Source: Kofleriaceae bacterium
GTDB taxonomy: Bacteria; Myxococcota_A; Polyangia; Haliangiales; Haliangiaceae
Direction: 5' to 3'
Length of the DNA: 64,000 nt
Assembly (NCBI GenBank): GCA_046597055.1
Contig: JBKJLC010000178.1
Span: 1 to 64,000, forward strand
Part shown: piece by piece, positions 1 to 11,338 of the stretch
Numbering within the stretch: the first letter of the stretch is position 1
How the letters are laid out: every line of letters begins with the position of its first letter
Translations under genes and position numbers: made by a program
Notes under the pieces: generated by a model
Told to the model about the DNA's origin: nothing
Databases searched by the model: none
The model's input: the letters and a program-made list of their open reading frames with translations, nothing else

Positions 1-599
1 TGGAACGGCGCCGTCACGATCGTGGCCGCGCCGGTGCCGGGAAACGGAAAGCCGCGGGCCGCGCGTCGCGCGCACGCCAGCAGCCCGTTGCCGTGCAGGT
101 ACGCCGGGGCCCGCACCCGGAGCTTCTGCACGCCACCGTCGCCACCGACCAGCATCTGCATGGTCACCTGGGCCGACAGCGGCGCACCGCCGACCGCGTC
201 CTTGATGCAACCGACCATCGCCGACGAGCCGCCGGCGATGCCGCCCTGGATCTCGCCGTCGTCGAGCGGCCGGGCGTCGTCGGCGCCGCCGAGATCGACC
301 CGGCCCGGCGGTAGCGCCACCGCGTCGCCGCGCCACTCGAGCATGCGATCGGCCGCGGTCAGCTCGATCGCCTCGTCGACCTCGTAGGGCTCGGCGGCCT
401 CGGTGGCAGCGCCGGCGCGCGGCCCGCCGCCACGGCGCCGACCCTTCTTCTTGCCAACGCCAGCGTCGAGCCCCGGGGTGGTGGCTTCACGCGCGACCTC
501 GATCGGCGCGACCCCGGTGCGCCATGGCGGCTCGATCGCGAGGTATGTTCCGGCGACGCCGAGCACCAGGCCGATGGCGAGCCCGAGCCAGAACTTCAC
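1..599 (-). CDS. Membrane-anchored hypothetical protein with AgmX/PglI-C-terminal-like domain (runs off the left edge)
   Basis: Not in the ORF track. Manual translation from GTG 599 gives MKFWLGLAIGLVLGVAGTYLAIEP...AMVGCIKDAVGGAPLSAQVTMQMLVGGDGGVQKLRVRAP...LLACARRAARGFPFPG, open to position 1 with GC-rich third positions. Confidence 0.6.
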   Translation of the reverse strand, partial: MKFWLGLAIGLVLGVAGTYLAIEPPWRTGVAPIEVAREATTPGLDAGVGKKKGRRRGGGPRAGAATEAAEPYEVDEAIELTAADRMLEWRGDAVALPPGRVDLGGADDARPLDDGEIQGGIAGGSSAMVGCIKDAVGGAPLSAQVTMQMLVGGDGGVQKLRVRAPAYLHGNGLLACARRAARGFPFPGTGAATIVTAPF

Positions 600-606
600 T
601 CCTCGC

Positions 607-1365
607 TTGTACCACGGCGTCGGCCAGCCCCTCCCCGCCGGGCTCGCCCTGCTGATCTACGGGCTCGCCACCGCGACCTTCTTCGCGATCCACTTGACCC
701 TCGGCGGCGGCCTGCTGGCCTCGGCGGTCGCCCAGGCGGTCGCGTTCGTCGTGATCCCGGTGGCCGCGCTCCGGCTGCACGGCGTCGCGCCACGCCAGCT
801 CGGCCTCGAGCGCCCGCCGCTGCTGGGGATGATCGGCGCGCTCGTGATCGGGGCCGGGCTGTGGCTGATCGCGCTGCGACTCGCGCTGCCGATCATCGAG
901 GCGACCGGGTCCGAGCAGGCGACCCGCGAGCTGTCGCACCGGCTGCTCGCGCCGGCCATGCCGCTGCCGCTGGTGATCGCGGCCAACGCGCTCGCGCCCG
1001 GCCTGTGCGAGGAGCTGCTGCATCGCGGCATGCTGCTCGGCGCGCTGGCGCCGCGCCTGGGTCGGGTCGCTGCGATCGCGATCACCACCGTGCTGTTCGC
1101 CGCGCTGCACCTCGAGCCGGCCCGGATGGCGACCGCCGCGCTGCTCGGCCTGGCCGCCGGGATCCTGGCGGTGTGGGCCCGGTCGGTGTGGCCAGCGGTG
1201 GTCCTGCACGGGGTCAACAACACGGTCGCGCTCGCGGTGGGGGCCGGGATCGCTCCCCAGCTCGCGACCGCGATCCGATCGCACCCTTTCGGGAGTGTCA
1301 CCGTCGCTGGCGGGCTATGTGCGGCAGGGTTTGCGCTGGCCTGGATCGGCCGTCAGCGCGCCTGA
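607..1365 (+). CDS. CPBP (CAAX protease/Abi) family intramembrane metalloprotease
   Basis: Multi-TM protein with EELLHRG, FAALH and HGVNN motifs. Start uncertain (TTG 607 chosen to avoid overlapping the divergent gene). Confidence 0.85.
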   Translation: MYHGVGQPLPAGLALLIYGLATATFFAIHLTLGGGLLASAVAQAVAFVVIPVAALRLHGVAPRQLGLERPPLLGMIGALVIGAGLWLIALRLALPIIEATGSEQATRELSHRLLAPAMPLPLVIAANALAPGLCEELLHRGMLLGALAPRLGRVAAIAITTVLFAALHLEPARMATAALLGLAAGILAVWARSVWPAVVLHGVNNTVALAVGAGIAPQLATAIRSHPFGSVTVAGGLCAAGFALAWIGRQRA

Positions 1366-1427
1366 GAGTCAATCGTAAGCGCGATGACACGATGACAAGC
1401 AGATGCACGGTCTGATACATTTTGATC

Positions 1428-2117
1428 GTGACCGACCCTAAGAGGACGCTCTGGTATCTCAAGAAGATCCAGCTACTGGGGGACATGGGTCCCGAGGTGC
1501 TGGCTCGACTCGCTGAGCGGGTCGAGATGCGCGAGGTCCGCCGCCGCGAGGTGGTCTATCTCCCCGGGGATCCCGGGAAGAGCGTGTTCTTCGTCAACGG
1601 CGGGCGCATCAAGGTCTGCAAGGTGACCCGCGACGGCAAGTCGCTGACGCTCGGGTACTGCGGCCCGTCGGAGATGTTCGGGGAGACCTGCCTGGTCGGC
1701 ACCGGCGCGCGCACCGAGATGGCCGAGGCGGTCGAGAACGCGATGCTCACCGAGATCGATCGCGGCGACTTCGATCGCCTGCTGATCACGCACGCGATCC
1801 TCGCCGCCGGCGTCGCCAAGCTGATGATCACGCGCCGTCACGATCTCGAGAACAAGCTCGAGGCGCTGGTGTTCCGCGACGTCACCTCCAAGCTCGCCGA
1901 GCTGCTGATCAAGCTCGGCGACGAGTACGGCGTCGACGACTCGCGCGGCACCCTGGTCGCCCTCAAGATCACGCACCAGGAGCTGGCCAACCTGATCGGC
2001 TCGACCCGCGAGACCGTGTCGCTGACGCTGTCGCAGTTCAAGCGTCGCAAGCTGATCTCGACCGACGGCCGCAAGGTGATCCTGAGCGACCTCGAAGCCC
2101 TGCGCGCGCTGCTGTAG
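1428..2117 (+). CDS. Crp/Fnr family transcriptional regulator
   Basis: cNMP-binding domain (GEMFGE-like SEMFGE) and HTH ITHQELANLIGSTRETVS. Confidence 0.92.
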   Translation: MTDPKRTLWYLKKIQLLGDMGPEVLARLAERVEMREVRRREVVYLPGDPGKSVFFVNGGRIKVCKVTRDGKSLTLGYCGPSEMFGETCLVGTGARTEMAEAVENAMLTEIDRGDFDRLLITHAILAAGVAKLMITRRHDLENKLEALVFRDVTSKLAELLIKLGDEYGVDDSRGTLVALKITHQELANLIGSTRETVSLTLSQFKRRKLISTDGRKVILSDLEALRALL

Positions 2118-2131
2118 CTCACCGCGCTGCG

Positions 2132-3094
2132 CTAACGGCCCGCGTCGGTCGCGGCGCGAGCCGCCACCATCCGCGCCGCCAGCGCGAGCGCGGCCGCCAT
2201 GCTGGTCGGACGCGCGCGGCCGGTGCCGGCGAGATCGTAGGCGGTGCCATGATCGGGCGAGGTCCGCACGATCGGCAGCCCGAGGGTCACGTTGACGGCC
2301 TCCTCGAAGTCCACGAGCTTGACCGGGATGAGCGCCTGGTCGTGATACATCGCGACCAGGCCGTCATAGCCACCGTCGACGGCGTGGCGGAACGCGGCGT
2401 CGGGCACCAGCGGGCCGGTCACGTGGGCCCCGGCGCCGAGCCGGCGGCCGAGCTCGGCGACCGCCGGCGCGATCACCGCGTCGTCCTCGGCGCCGAGCAG
2501 CCCGCCCTCGCCGGCGTGCGGGTTGAGCCCGACCACGCCGAGGCGCACCGGCGCGGCCCGGCCGAGGTCGCGGCGCAGGCAGGCCGCGAGCAGCTCGCCG
2601 ACGCCGACGATCCGATCGACGGTCAACAGGCCGGCGACCGCGGCCAGCGGCTCGTGCACGGTGACCAGCGCGACGTTGAGGCGTGGCCCGATGAAGGTCA
2701 TCGCCACCCGCTCGGCGCCGAGCCGCGACGCCAGCAGCTCGGTGTGGCCAGGGAACCCGAACCCGGCCCGGCGCGCCCAGGTCTTCGAGATCGGGGCGGT
2801 CACCAGCGCCGACACCCGGCCCGCGCGCGCCGCCGCGATCGCCGCCTCCAGCCACGCGACCTGGGCGGCACCGGCCGCGGCGCCCGGCACGCCGGCGACC
2901 ACCCCCGGCGCCGGCTCGCCTTCGCACGGCACGTCGACCGTGACCCCGATCGCGCGGGCGCCCCGCGCCAGCACGTCACCGTCGCCGAACACCACCAGCT
3001 GGCGGCGCAGCGCGTCGCTGGCGTGCGCGATCGCCCACGCGGCGACCTCGGGGCCGATGCCGGCCGGATCGCCGAGCGTGATGCCGATGGTCAT
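2132..3094 (-). CDS. pdxA: 4-hydroxythreonine-4-phosphate dehydrogenase
   Basis: GDPAGIGPE, FPGHTE, GLNPHAGE, MYHDQ and RTSPDHGTA motifs. Confidence 0.95.
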   Translation of the reverse strand: MTIGITLGDPAGIGPEVAAWAIAHASDALRRQLVVFGDGDVLARGARAIGVTVDVPCEGEPAPGVVAGVPGAAAGAAQVAWLEAAIAAARAGRVSALVTAPISKTWARRAGFGFPGHTELLASRLGAERVAMTFIGPRLNVALVTVHEPLAAVAGLLTVDRIVGVGELLAACLRRDLGRAAPVRLGVVGLNPHAGEGGLLGAEDDAVIAPAVAELGRRLGAGAHVTGPLVPDAAFRHAVDGGYDGLVAMYHDQALIPVKLVDFEEAVNVTLGLPIVRTSPDHGTAYDLAGTGRARPTSMAAALALAARMVAARAATDAGR

Positions 3095-3229
3095 CGCCGC
3101 AACCTACACCGGCGCCGGGGCGGTCGCCCGTGCCCCGACGTGGCGAGGTGCGCGCGTCCTACGGCGAACCTCGCAGGGGTACGCATGTTGAGGATTGCAG
3201 TGACGCGCGGGTCCATCAACACTGACCTC

Positions 3230-4057
3230 ATGCGCGCCGCCCCGATCCTGATCGCTGTGCTCGCGGCCTGTGGTGGCGCCGTCACCGGTGACCTCGAGGC
3301 GCCGGCGGCGCCCGGGCCCGGGCCGGTCGCGACCGAGACCGTGCGCGCCGACGACGTCAGCGGGCTGGTCGCCGGCGAGGTCATGCGGTTCGACGTGCGG
3401 ATCGCCGGCGTGCTCGCCGGCGAGGCCCAGGTCGCGGTCGGCGAGCCCGGCCTGGTCGGCGGCATCCGCGCGGTGGCGGTGTCGTCGCGGATCGCGTCGG
3501 CCGGCGCGCTCGCGCTGCTCAAGGTGGTCCGCGACGAGGCCACCTCGATCGTGGACATGCGCAAGCTCACGCCGATCAGCAGCACCGCCAAGGTGGTGTT
3601 CGGCGACAAGCGCTACACCGCCGCCGCCGCCTACGACGACCACGCCGCGACCATCCAGTACCAGCCCGAGGGCGGCGCGGTGACCACGCTCACCTACAAG
3701 TTCGGCGAGCACGAGGTCCACGACGCCCACACCGCGATGGCGCGCGTGCGGACCTGGCGCGCCGAACCCGGCGATCGGCTCGGCATGTGGATGATCGGGG
3801 GCCGCCGCATCTGGCGGTCGGAGATCTGGCCGGTCGGGCACGAAGTCATCGGCACCCGGCTCGGCAACCAGGCCGCGATCCGGCTCGACGGCACCTCGCA
3901 TCGCGCTCGCCCGGATCTCACGCTCGACCCGAGCAAGCCGCCGCGCCGGTTCACCGTGTGGCTGTCCGACGACGCCGACCGGGTGCCGCTGCTGGTCAAG
4001 GCGCACACCGAGTACGGCGAGCTCACGATCGAGCTGGTCGACTACCAGCACCCCTGA
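3230..4057 (+). CDS. DUF3108-like exported lipoprotein
   Basis: Signal with lipobox LAAC; C-terminal VWLSDDADRVPLLV pattern typical of DUF3108. Confidence 0.7.
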   Translation: MRAAPILIAVLAACGGAVTGDLEAPAAPGPGPVATETVRADDVSGLVAGEVMRFDVRIAGVLAGEAQVAVGEPGLVGGIRAVAVSSRIASAGALALLKVVRDEATSIVDMRKLTPISSTAKVVFGDKRYTAAAAYDDHAATIQYQPEGGAVTTLTYKFGEHEVHDAHTAMARVRTWRAEPGDRLGMWMIGGRRIWRSEIWPVGHEVIGTRLGNQAAIRLDGTSHRARPDLTLDPSKPPRRFTVWLSDDADRVPLLVKAHTEYGELTIELVDYQHP

Positions 4058-4068
4058 TCTAGCGAGCG

Positions 4069-5265
4069 CTACGGGGCGGGCGCGACCATGTCGGCCAGGG
4101 CGGCGTACAGCAACTCGGCCAGGTCGGCGTCCTCGTTGGCGAGCTCGGCGAAGTCATCGCCGCGCACCGCCAGCGCGCGCACCTCGCTGATCGCGACCGC
4201 GAGCGACTCGGCCCGGCGCGGCTGACCGCGGCCGAGCAGCGCCTCGGGATAGAGCATCGAGCCGGCGCCCTCGGTGTCGCCGCCGATCAGCACCTCGCCA
4301 TCGAGCAGGATCCAGCCGACCCGGCTCTCCAGCGTGCTCTCGGGCAGGATGTCGCCGGCGACGAAGTCGTGGCTCATCGCGATCCGCAGCGTCCGCAGCC
4401 GCTGCTGCGGCGACAGCTGCTCGAGCAGCGGGCACAGCGACAAGATCTCGGCGTCGCGCTGACGCTGGGCCGCGGGCACCGGCGTCTCGCCCGCTTCGAT
4501 CACCTTGATCACCAGCGCGGTCGCGTTGTCCTCGCCGCCGCGCTCGAGCGCGAGATCGACCAGCTTCTGGGCGGCCCGGGCCGGGCTCGGCTGCGAGGTG
4601 AGCACCTCGCCGACCTCGGCCTCGCCGACGTACTCGCTGACGCCGTCCGAGCACAGCAGCAGCCGATCGCCGTCGGACAGCGGCACGGTGAACGTGATCA
4701 CCCGGGTGTCATCGCCGAAGCCGAGCGCGTTGGTGATCACGCCTTTCCAGCGGTGACTTTCGGTGCTCTCCATCATCGGCAGGCCGGCGGCCAGGAGCCG
4801 GGCCAGCAGCGTGTGATCCTCGGTGAGCTGCATGGCGATGCCCCCGCGCACCAGGTAGGCACGCGAGTCGCCGGCGTGGGCGATGATGGCGTCGCCCCCG
4901 GCCACCACGATGCCGGTGAAGGTGGTGCCCATGCCCTTCTTGGCGAGATCGGCGAGCGACTGCTCGCAGATCGTGCGGTGCGCAGCGAGCACACCCCCCT
5001 TGACCGCGTGCAGCGCGGCCCGGCGCGCCTCGAGGCTGCCGGCGCCGGCCCAGGTCGCCAGCGCCTTCTGGGTCGGCGGGGCCAGCCACTCCTGCCGGGT
5101 CACCCGGACCCCGAGCGCGGACGCCACCTCGCCCGCGGCATGGCCGCCCATCCCGTCGCAGACGATGAAGATGCCCTCGTCCGAGTCGACCAGGTGCGAG
5201 TCCTCGTTGTGGTCGCGCACGTTGCCGACGTGGGTCACCGCCGCGGCGACGATCGTCGATCTCAC
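4069..5265 (-). CDS. PP2C-family Ser/Thr phosphatase with C-terminal cNMP-binding-like domain
   Basis: RDHNED, VCDGMGGH, HAGDSRAY, LCSDG and GGEDNAT motifs. Confidence 0.92.
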   Translation of the reverse strand: MRSTIVAAAVTHVGNVRDHNEDSHLVDSDEGIFIVCDGMGGHAAGEVASALGVRVTRQEWLAPPTQKALATWAGAGSLEARRAALHAVKGGVLAAHRTICEQSLADLAKKGMGTTFTGIVVAGGDAIIAHAGDSRAYLVRGGIAMQLTEDHTLLARLLAAGLPMMESTESHRWKGVITNALGFGDDTRVITFTVPLSDGDRLLLCSDGVSEYVGEAEVGEVLTSQPSPARAAQKLVDLALERGGEDNATALVIKVIEAGETPVPAAQRQRDAEILSLCPLLEQLSPQQRLRTLRIAMSHDFVAGDILPESTLESRVGWILLDGEVLIGGDTEGAGSMLYPEALLGRGQPRRAESLAVAISEVRALAVRGDDFAELANEDADLAELLYAALADMVAPAP

Positions 5266-5340
5266 CCGTGCATCATATCCGAGTCGCCCCGATCACGTGG
5301 GCCACGGCTGGGCACATCATCTGAAAGCCGGTCGGGGCTC

Positions 5341-6300
5341 TCACAGGATCGTGCGCCGGAACCACTCGATCAGGCCGGCCGGGACCAGGACCAGGGAGGC
5401 CAGCATGACCCCCATCCAGAACGGGCTGTCGTACGGCAGGTCTTCGAAGTTCTGCCCGAAGAAGCCGACGATGAACGACAGCGGCAGGAAGATGGCCGAG
5501 AACACGGTCAGGCTCTTCATGACGTTGTTGGCCTTCTGGGCCTGGAACGCCTGGTAGCTGCTGACCAGCCCGTTCGAGACCTCGCGGATCTCCTCGACCA
5601 TCTCGGCCAGGCGGGCGACGTGGTCGGTGACGTCGCGCAGGTGCAGCACCGTCCGCTGCGAGATGCGTTCGTCGGTGCGGCGATGCAGGATGCCGATGGT
5701 GTCCCGCAGCGGTCGGATCACGCGCCGCATCGCGACCGCGACCCGCTTCATCCGGACAATCGTCCGGAGATCGAACGTCGCGGTCGCGTCGATCATCGAC
5801 CACTCGATCTCGTCGAGCTGGTCGCGGATGTGCTGCACCAGCGGCTCGGTCGCGGCGACCATCGCGTCGACATGCAGGTACAGCACCCACGATGGCCCCC
5901 GCTCGAGCACGGTGGCGTCGACCTGCGCCTTCTGCCAGACCCGCTCGTGGGACGGCAGCGGGTTGTCGTGCACCGTCACCAGGTAGCCATCGCCGATGAA
6001 CGCGTGGATCTCGTGGATCTGGATGTCGAGCGCGTCGTCGGGCGACGCGGTGAAGGAGTGGATCACCACGAACAGGTAGCGATCGTAGTCGTCGACCTTC
6101 GACTGGGTGCCGAACACGGCGCAATCCTCGATCGCCAGCGGGTGGAAGCCGAACCGCTGCCGGAGCAGCTGCAACGAGGCGTCATCGGGCTGCTCCAGGT
6201 CGATCCAGCGGGTCACCCCCTCGGGTGGCGCGGCGACCGACTCGTCGCCCTCGCGGACGACCGGCTGTCCATCGGCACCAAGATCCAGGACCTGGAACAT
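5341..6300 (-). CDS. corA: CorA-family Mg2+/Co2+ transporter
   Basis: HPLAIED, two C-terminal TM helices and a GQNF (GMN-variant) signature. Confidence 0.88.
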   Translation of the reverse strand: MFQVLDLGADGQPVVREGDESVAAPPEGVTRWIDLEQPDDASLQLLRQRFGFHPLAIEDCAVFGTQSKVDDYDRYLFVVIHSFTASPDDALDIQIHEIHAFIGDGYLVTVHDNPLPSHERVWQKAQVDATVLERGPSWVLYLHVDAMVAATEPLVQHIRDQLDEIEWSMIDATATFDLRTIVRMKRVAVAMRRVIRPLRDTIGILHRRTDERISQRTVLHLRDVTDHVARLAEMVEEIREVSNGLVSSYQAFQAQKANNVMKSLTVFSAIFLPLSFIVGFFGQNFEDLPYDSPFWMGVMLASLVLVPAGLIEWFRRTIL

Positions 6301-6335
6301 TGGCCGCGACGATACGCCGCGGGGCGCCTGCGCCT

Positions 6336-7028
6336 CTACCGGTTGCCGCGCATCTTGTAGCCCACGTTGCGGACCGTCTCGATCAGGCCGCCCGACACCG
6401 CCCCCATCTTGGCGCGCAGCCGGCGGACATGGATGTCGACCGTCCGGGTCCCGCCGGCGTAGGAGTAGCCCCACACCCGCTCGAGCAGCTGCTCGCGGGT
6501 GAACACGCGTCCGCGGTGCTGGCCGAGGAAGCGCAGCAGCTCGAACTCCTGGTGGGTGAGCGCGAGTCGCCGGCCTCCGAGCTTGGCCTCATGACCGGCG
6601 ACGTCGATGTGGAGCTCGTCGATCTTGAGGGTCTCGTCGGTGCCGAACGCGGCGGTCTTCCAGTCGAGCTGGCGGACCCGGCCGTACAGCTCGGCGGGGA
6701 CGATCGGGAGGAGGACGAAGTCGTCGAAGCCGGTCGAGAAGTCGAGCCCGGGCAGGCGCGGCAAGGTGAGCGCCATGAGCACAGGTACCTCGGCGAGCAC
6801 CCCGCCAGATTTCATCTTCTTGATGGCCCGCTGGGCGCGCATCACGTCGTCGCCGGCGTCGACCACGACCACGGTCGGAGGAGTCCGGAGTAGGTCCTCC
6901 TCGTCAAGGCCGCCCAGGTCGAACCTGCCCAGACGGGTAGCGCAGCCCAGATCCGCCAGCACCGTGGCGATCGAGTCACGTTCATTGATCGCCGTCTCGG
7001 GCTCGGCACAGATCACGACGGCTCTCAT
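6336..7028 (-). CDS. OmpR/PhoB-type winged-helix regulator with atypical receiver domain (GlnR-like)
   Basis: LTHQEFELL...RTVDIHVRRLRAK...TVRNVGY wHTH; degenerate N-terminal REC. Confidence 0.88.
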   Translation of the reverse strand: MRAVVICAEPETAINERDSIATVLADLGCATRLGRFDLGGLDEEDLLRTPPTVVVVDAGDDVMRAQRAIKKMKSGGVLAEVPVLMALTLPRLPGLDFSTGFDDFVLLPIVPAELYGRVRQLDWKTAAFGTDETLKIDELHIDVAGHEAKLGGRRLALTHQEFELLRFLGQHRGRVFTREQLLERVWGYSYAGGTRTVDIHVRRLRAKMGAVSGGLIETVRNVGYKMRGNR

Positions 7029-7128
7029 CCCGGTAAGTGATCGCTTCGATGACCCAACGCGTCAAGCGAATCGTCGAGGCGTGTGACCTGTTGCCGACGC
7101 CGTCGAACATGTAAGAATCGTCCCTCAG

Positions 7129-8337
<1,209 letters not shown>

Positions 8338-8367
8338 GACGCGGCGCTGGTCGCAGCTGCGCCGCGG

Positions 8368-10728
8368 TCAACCGCCGCCGTAGTGGTGGCCGCCGTAGTG
8401 ACCGACGAAGCCGCCGTAGCCGCCCCCGCCGTAGGCGGCGGCGCCGAGCAGCTCGTCGAGCCGCTGGCGGGTGGCGTCGTCGACGTCGACGCCGCGCTGG
8501 CGGAGCTGCGAGGCCGCCGCCATCCGCACCTGGTCGGTCGCGCCGGTGCTGGCGAACACCCGCACCAGCGCGCGGTCGACGTCCTCGCCGCCGTTGTACG
8601 CCGCGTAGATCGCGGCCGCCGCCACCTGCTCGTCGCCGTCCTCGATCAGGCGCGACAGCGTCTGGCTCGCGCGCGGGTCGTCGAGCTGGCCGAGGGTCGA
8701 CACCGCGACCAGCCGCTCGTTGGGGTCGGTGGCCTGGCTGGCCGTCACCAGCGCGTCGACCGCGCGGGGCGAGCCGACCTGGGCGAGCGCGGCGAGCGCC
8801 TGCCCCTTCACGCCGGCGTCGCTGTCGCGGGTGAGCTGGATCAGCGCGTCGGTCGAGGCGTCGTCGCCGGCCTGGGCCAGCGCGCTCGCCGCCGCCGAGC
8901 GGACCTGAGCGTCCTGCGACCGCACCGCGTGCCGGAGCAGCCGCTGCGAGTCGGCCGAGCCCAGGCTCGACAGCGCCCACGCGGCGGTCCGCGCCAGCTC
9001 GGGATCGCTGCCGTTCAGCGCCGCCTCGGCGATCGCCAGGCCCTCGGCCGAGCCGGCGTTGACGAGCTGCTGGAGCGCCTGCGTGCGCAGCGCGGGCTTG
9101 CCGGTGCGGGCCACGTCGGCCAGGGCGCCGCGGACGTCGTCGGGGCTCCCGCTCTGTCCGAGCGCGCCGATCGCGGCCTGGGCCAGGGCCGCGTCGTCGC
9201 TCTTCAGCGCGGCCAGCAGCGCCGACCGCGCGTCCTCGGTGCCGAGCCGGCCGAGGATCCACGCCGCGCCCTGGGCCTCGTCGGACTTGCCCGCGAACAG
9301 CGCGTCCGCGAGCATCGCGGTCACCGCCGGATCGTCGGGCTGGGCGTTGGCCAGCATGTCGAGCGCGAAGGTCCGGGTCTGGCCGTGCCCGCGCTCGGCG
9401 ATGTGCAGCAAGGCCGCGCGGGCCTCGGGCGCGCCGGTGTCGGCGAGCATGCGCATGGCCTCGAGCTTGTCCTGGCGCGGGCCGTGCTCGGCCAGGTCGA
9501 TCGCGATCCCGATCGCGTCGGGGTTGCCGGCCTTGACCAGGCCGGGCAGCACGACCCGGCGGTCGGCCGCCTTGCCGGTGCGCGCGATCGCGAGCAGCGC
9601 CAGCTCGACGTCGGGGCTGCGCAGCTGCTGGAGCGCGTAGATCACCGACGAGCTGGTCGCGTCGCCGGCGAGCGCCGCCTCGATCAGGAGCTCGCGGGCG
9701 TCGTCGCCGCCGAGGTTGACCAGGGTCTGCGCGACGTTCGAGACCAGGTTGCGATCGCCCGAGCCCAGCAGCTGGCCGAGCGCCTTGATCGCCTCGGCGC
9801 CACCGATCTCGCCCATCGCCGAGATCGCGTTCCACTTGGCGAACTGCGGGCCGCGCTGGGCGAGGTCGATCAGCAGCGGCAGCACCGCGGGATCACCGGA
9901 GCGACCGAGCGCGGTCAGCGCCGCCGTGATCGTGTTGGCGTCGCCGGTCTTCACCAGCTTCGCGAGCATCGCGATCGTCTCGGGATCGCTCGGCTGCAGG
10001 TTGGCGAGCGCGACCGCGCGGATGCGAACGTCGGGCGCCATCGCCAGCTCGGCGAGCAGCTCCTGCGCACGCGGCGACGGGATCTGGGCCAGGGCGTAGA
10101 CCGCGGTCGAGGCGCCCTCGAAGTCACCGCTGCTGGCGATCCGCGCCAGCACCGCGGCCGCCTCGTCGCCGCCCATCTGGCCGAGCGCCTGGAGCGCCAT
10201 CGCCCGGGCCGGGTCGCCCCGGTCCTCGGCGATCGCGACCAGCGCGGCCCGCGCCCGCGGATCGGCGGCCGAGCCCATCGCGGTCACCGCCGCGTTGCGC
10301 ACCCGCGGCCGCGGGTCGTCGACGAGGTCGAGCAGGAGATCGATCGCACGCGTGGTGGCGATCCGGCCGATCGCGCCGATCACGGCCTCGGGGACGCCCG
10401 GGCGCGGGTCGTCGGCCAGCGGCGCCATGGCCGCGACCGCGTCGTCGGTGCCGACCGTGCCCAGCTTGTCGGCGATGATCGTGACCTGCTGTGGGCTCCG
10501 CGCCGCCAGCAGCTGGTCGATCAGCTTGGCCTCGGACAGGCCCAGCGAGGCGGCCGAGACCCGGACCGGGCGGCGCAGCTGCGAGGCGTCGCCCTTCTTG
10601 CCGGCCCGCCCCCCCTGCTGGACCGGCCCACCCGGGTCGGCGGGCCCCGACCACGCCGCGTAGCCGGCGACGACGGTGGTGAGGGCGAAGAAGACGGTGG
10701 CGAGACGGTAGCGGCCAAGGGTGGTCAA
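8368..10728 (-). CDS. HEAT-repeat protein with N-terminal membrane anchor
   Basis: Many Ala/Leu-rich HEAT-like repeats (e.g. DDPRPRVRNAAVTAMG); AGGAG upstream of TTG start. Confidence 0.85.
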   Translation of the reverse strand: MTTLGRYRLATVFFALTTVVAGYAAWSGPADPGGPVQQGGRAGKKGDASQLRRPVRVSAASLGLSEAKLIDQLLAARSPQQVTIIADKLGTVGTDDAVAAMAPLADDPRPGVPEAVIGAIGRIATTRAIDLLLDLVDDPRPRVRNAAVTAMGSAADPRARAALVAIAEDRGDPARAMALQALGQMGGDEAAAVLARIASSGDFEGASTAVYALAQIPSPRAQELLAELAMAPDVRIRAVALANLQPSDPETIAMLAKLVKTGDANTITAALTALGRSGDPAVLPLLIDLAQRGPQFAKWNAISAMGEIGGAEAIKALGQLLGSGDRNLVSNVAQTLVNLGGDDARELLIEAALAGDATSSSVIYALQQLRSPDVELALLAIARTGKAADRRVVLPGLVKAGNPDAIGIAIDLAEHGPRQDKLEAMRMLADTGAPEARAALLHIAERGHGQTRTFALDMLANAQPDDPAVTAMLADALFAGKSDEAQGAAWILGRLGTEDARSALLAALKSDDAALAQAAIGALGQSGSPDDVRGALADVARTGKPALRTQALQQLVNAGSAEGLAIAEAALNGSDPELARTAAWALSSLGSADSQRLLRHAVRSQDAQVRSAAASALAQAGDDASTDALIQLTRDSDAGVKGQALAALAQVGSPRAVDALVTASQATDPNERLVAVSTLGQLDDPRASQTLSRLIEDGDEQVAAAAIYAAYNGGEDVDRALVRVFASTGATDQVRMAAASQLRQRGVDVDDATRQRLDELLGAAAYGGGGYGGFVGHYGGHHYGGG

Positions 10729-10890
10729 GAAGGCTCCTGGAAGGTCCCGGTGCTAGGACGGCTGCCCTGGTGGAACGATCTCAGCGCCTGGTTCATTTCT
10801 ACCGCCGCGTCAAGAGGATGTAAGGCGCTCCCCCTCATCCCGAACGCCGTGCATTGACGCGCGCTTGAACCGGTCCATAAGCTTTCCCTC

Positions 10891-11265
10891 ATGCTCACGC
10901 CTGAACAGACCGCAGAGCTACGCCAGCGTCTCGAGGCGGAGCTGGCCCGCCTGGCCGCGAATGCCCAGGCCGCCATCGGCTTCACGATGGACCGTGACCG
11001 CGATCGCATCGGCCGCGACTCCATGGACGAGTCGACCGAGGAAGAGCTCTATTCGACCCAGCTCCGGCTCCACGACCGCGAGACCTTCTTCATCGGCAAG
11101 ATCCAGGACGCCATCAAGCGGATCGACGGCGGCGAGATCGACGAGTGCGAGGAGTGCGCGGAGCCGATCGGCTTCAAGCGGCTCATGGCCCGGCCGGTGA
11201 CAACCCTGTGCTTCGAGTGCAAGAGCGCCAAGGAGCAGGTCGAAGCCGACGACAACGGCGAGTGA
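10891..11265 (+). CDS. DksA/TraR C4-type zinc-finger protein
   Basis: Coiled coil with DSMD tip; CEEC...RLMARPVTTLCFEC. Confidence 0.88.
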   Translation: MLTPEQTAELRQRLEAELARLAANAQAAIGFTMDRDRDRIGRDSMDESTEEELYSTQLRLHDRETFFIGKIQDAIKRIDGGEIDECEECAEPIGFKRLMARPVTTLCFECKSAKEQVEADDNGE

Positions 11266-11338
11266 CCGGCGCGGCGCTGGTGCCCCGGGTTTGCTAACCA
11301 CCGGAAAGGTCTGGTAGCGTTCCCTCACGGGTCCACGA

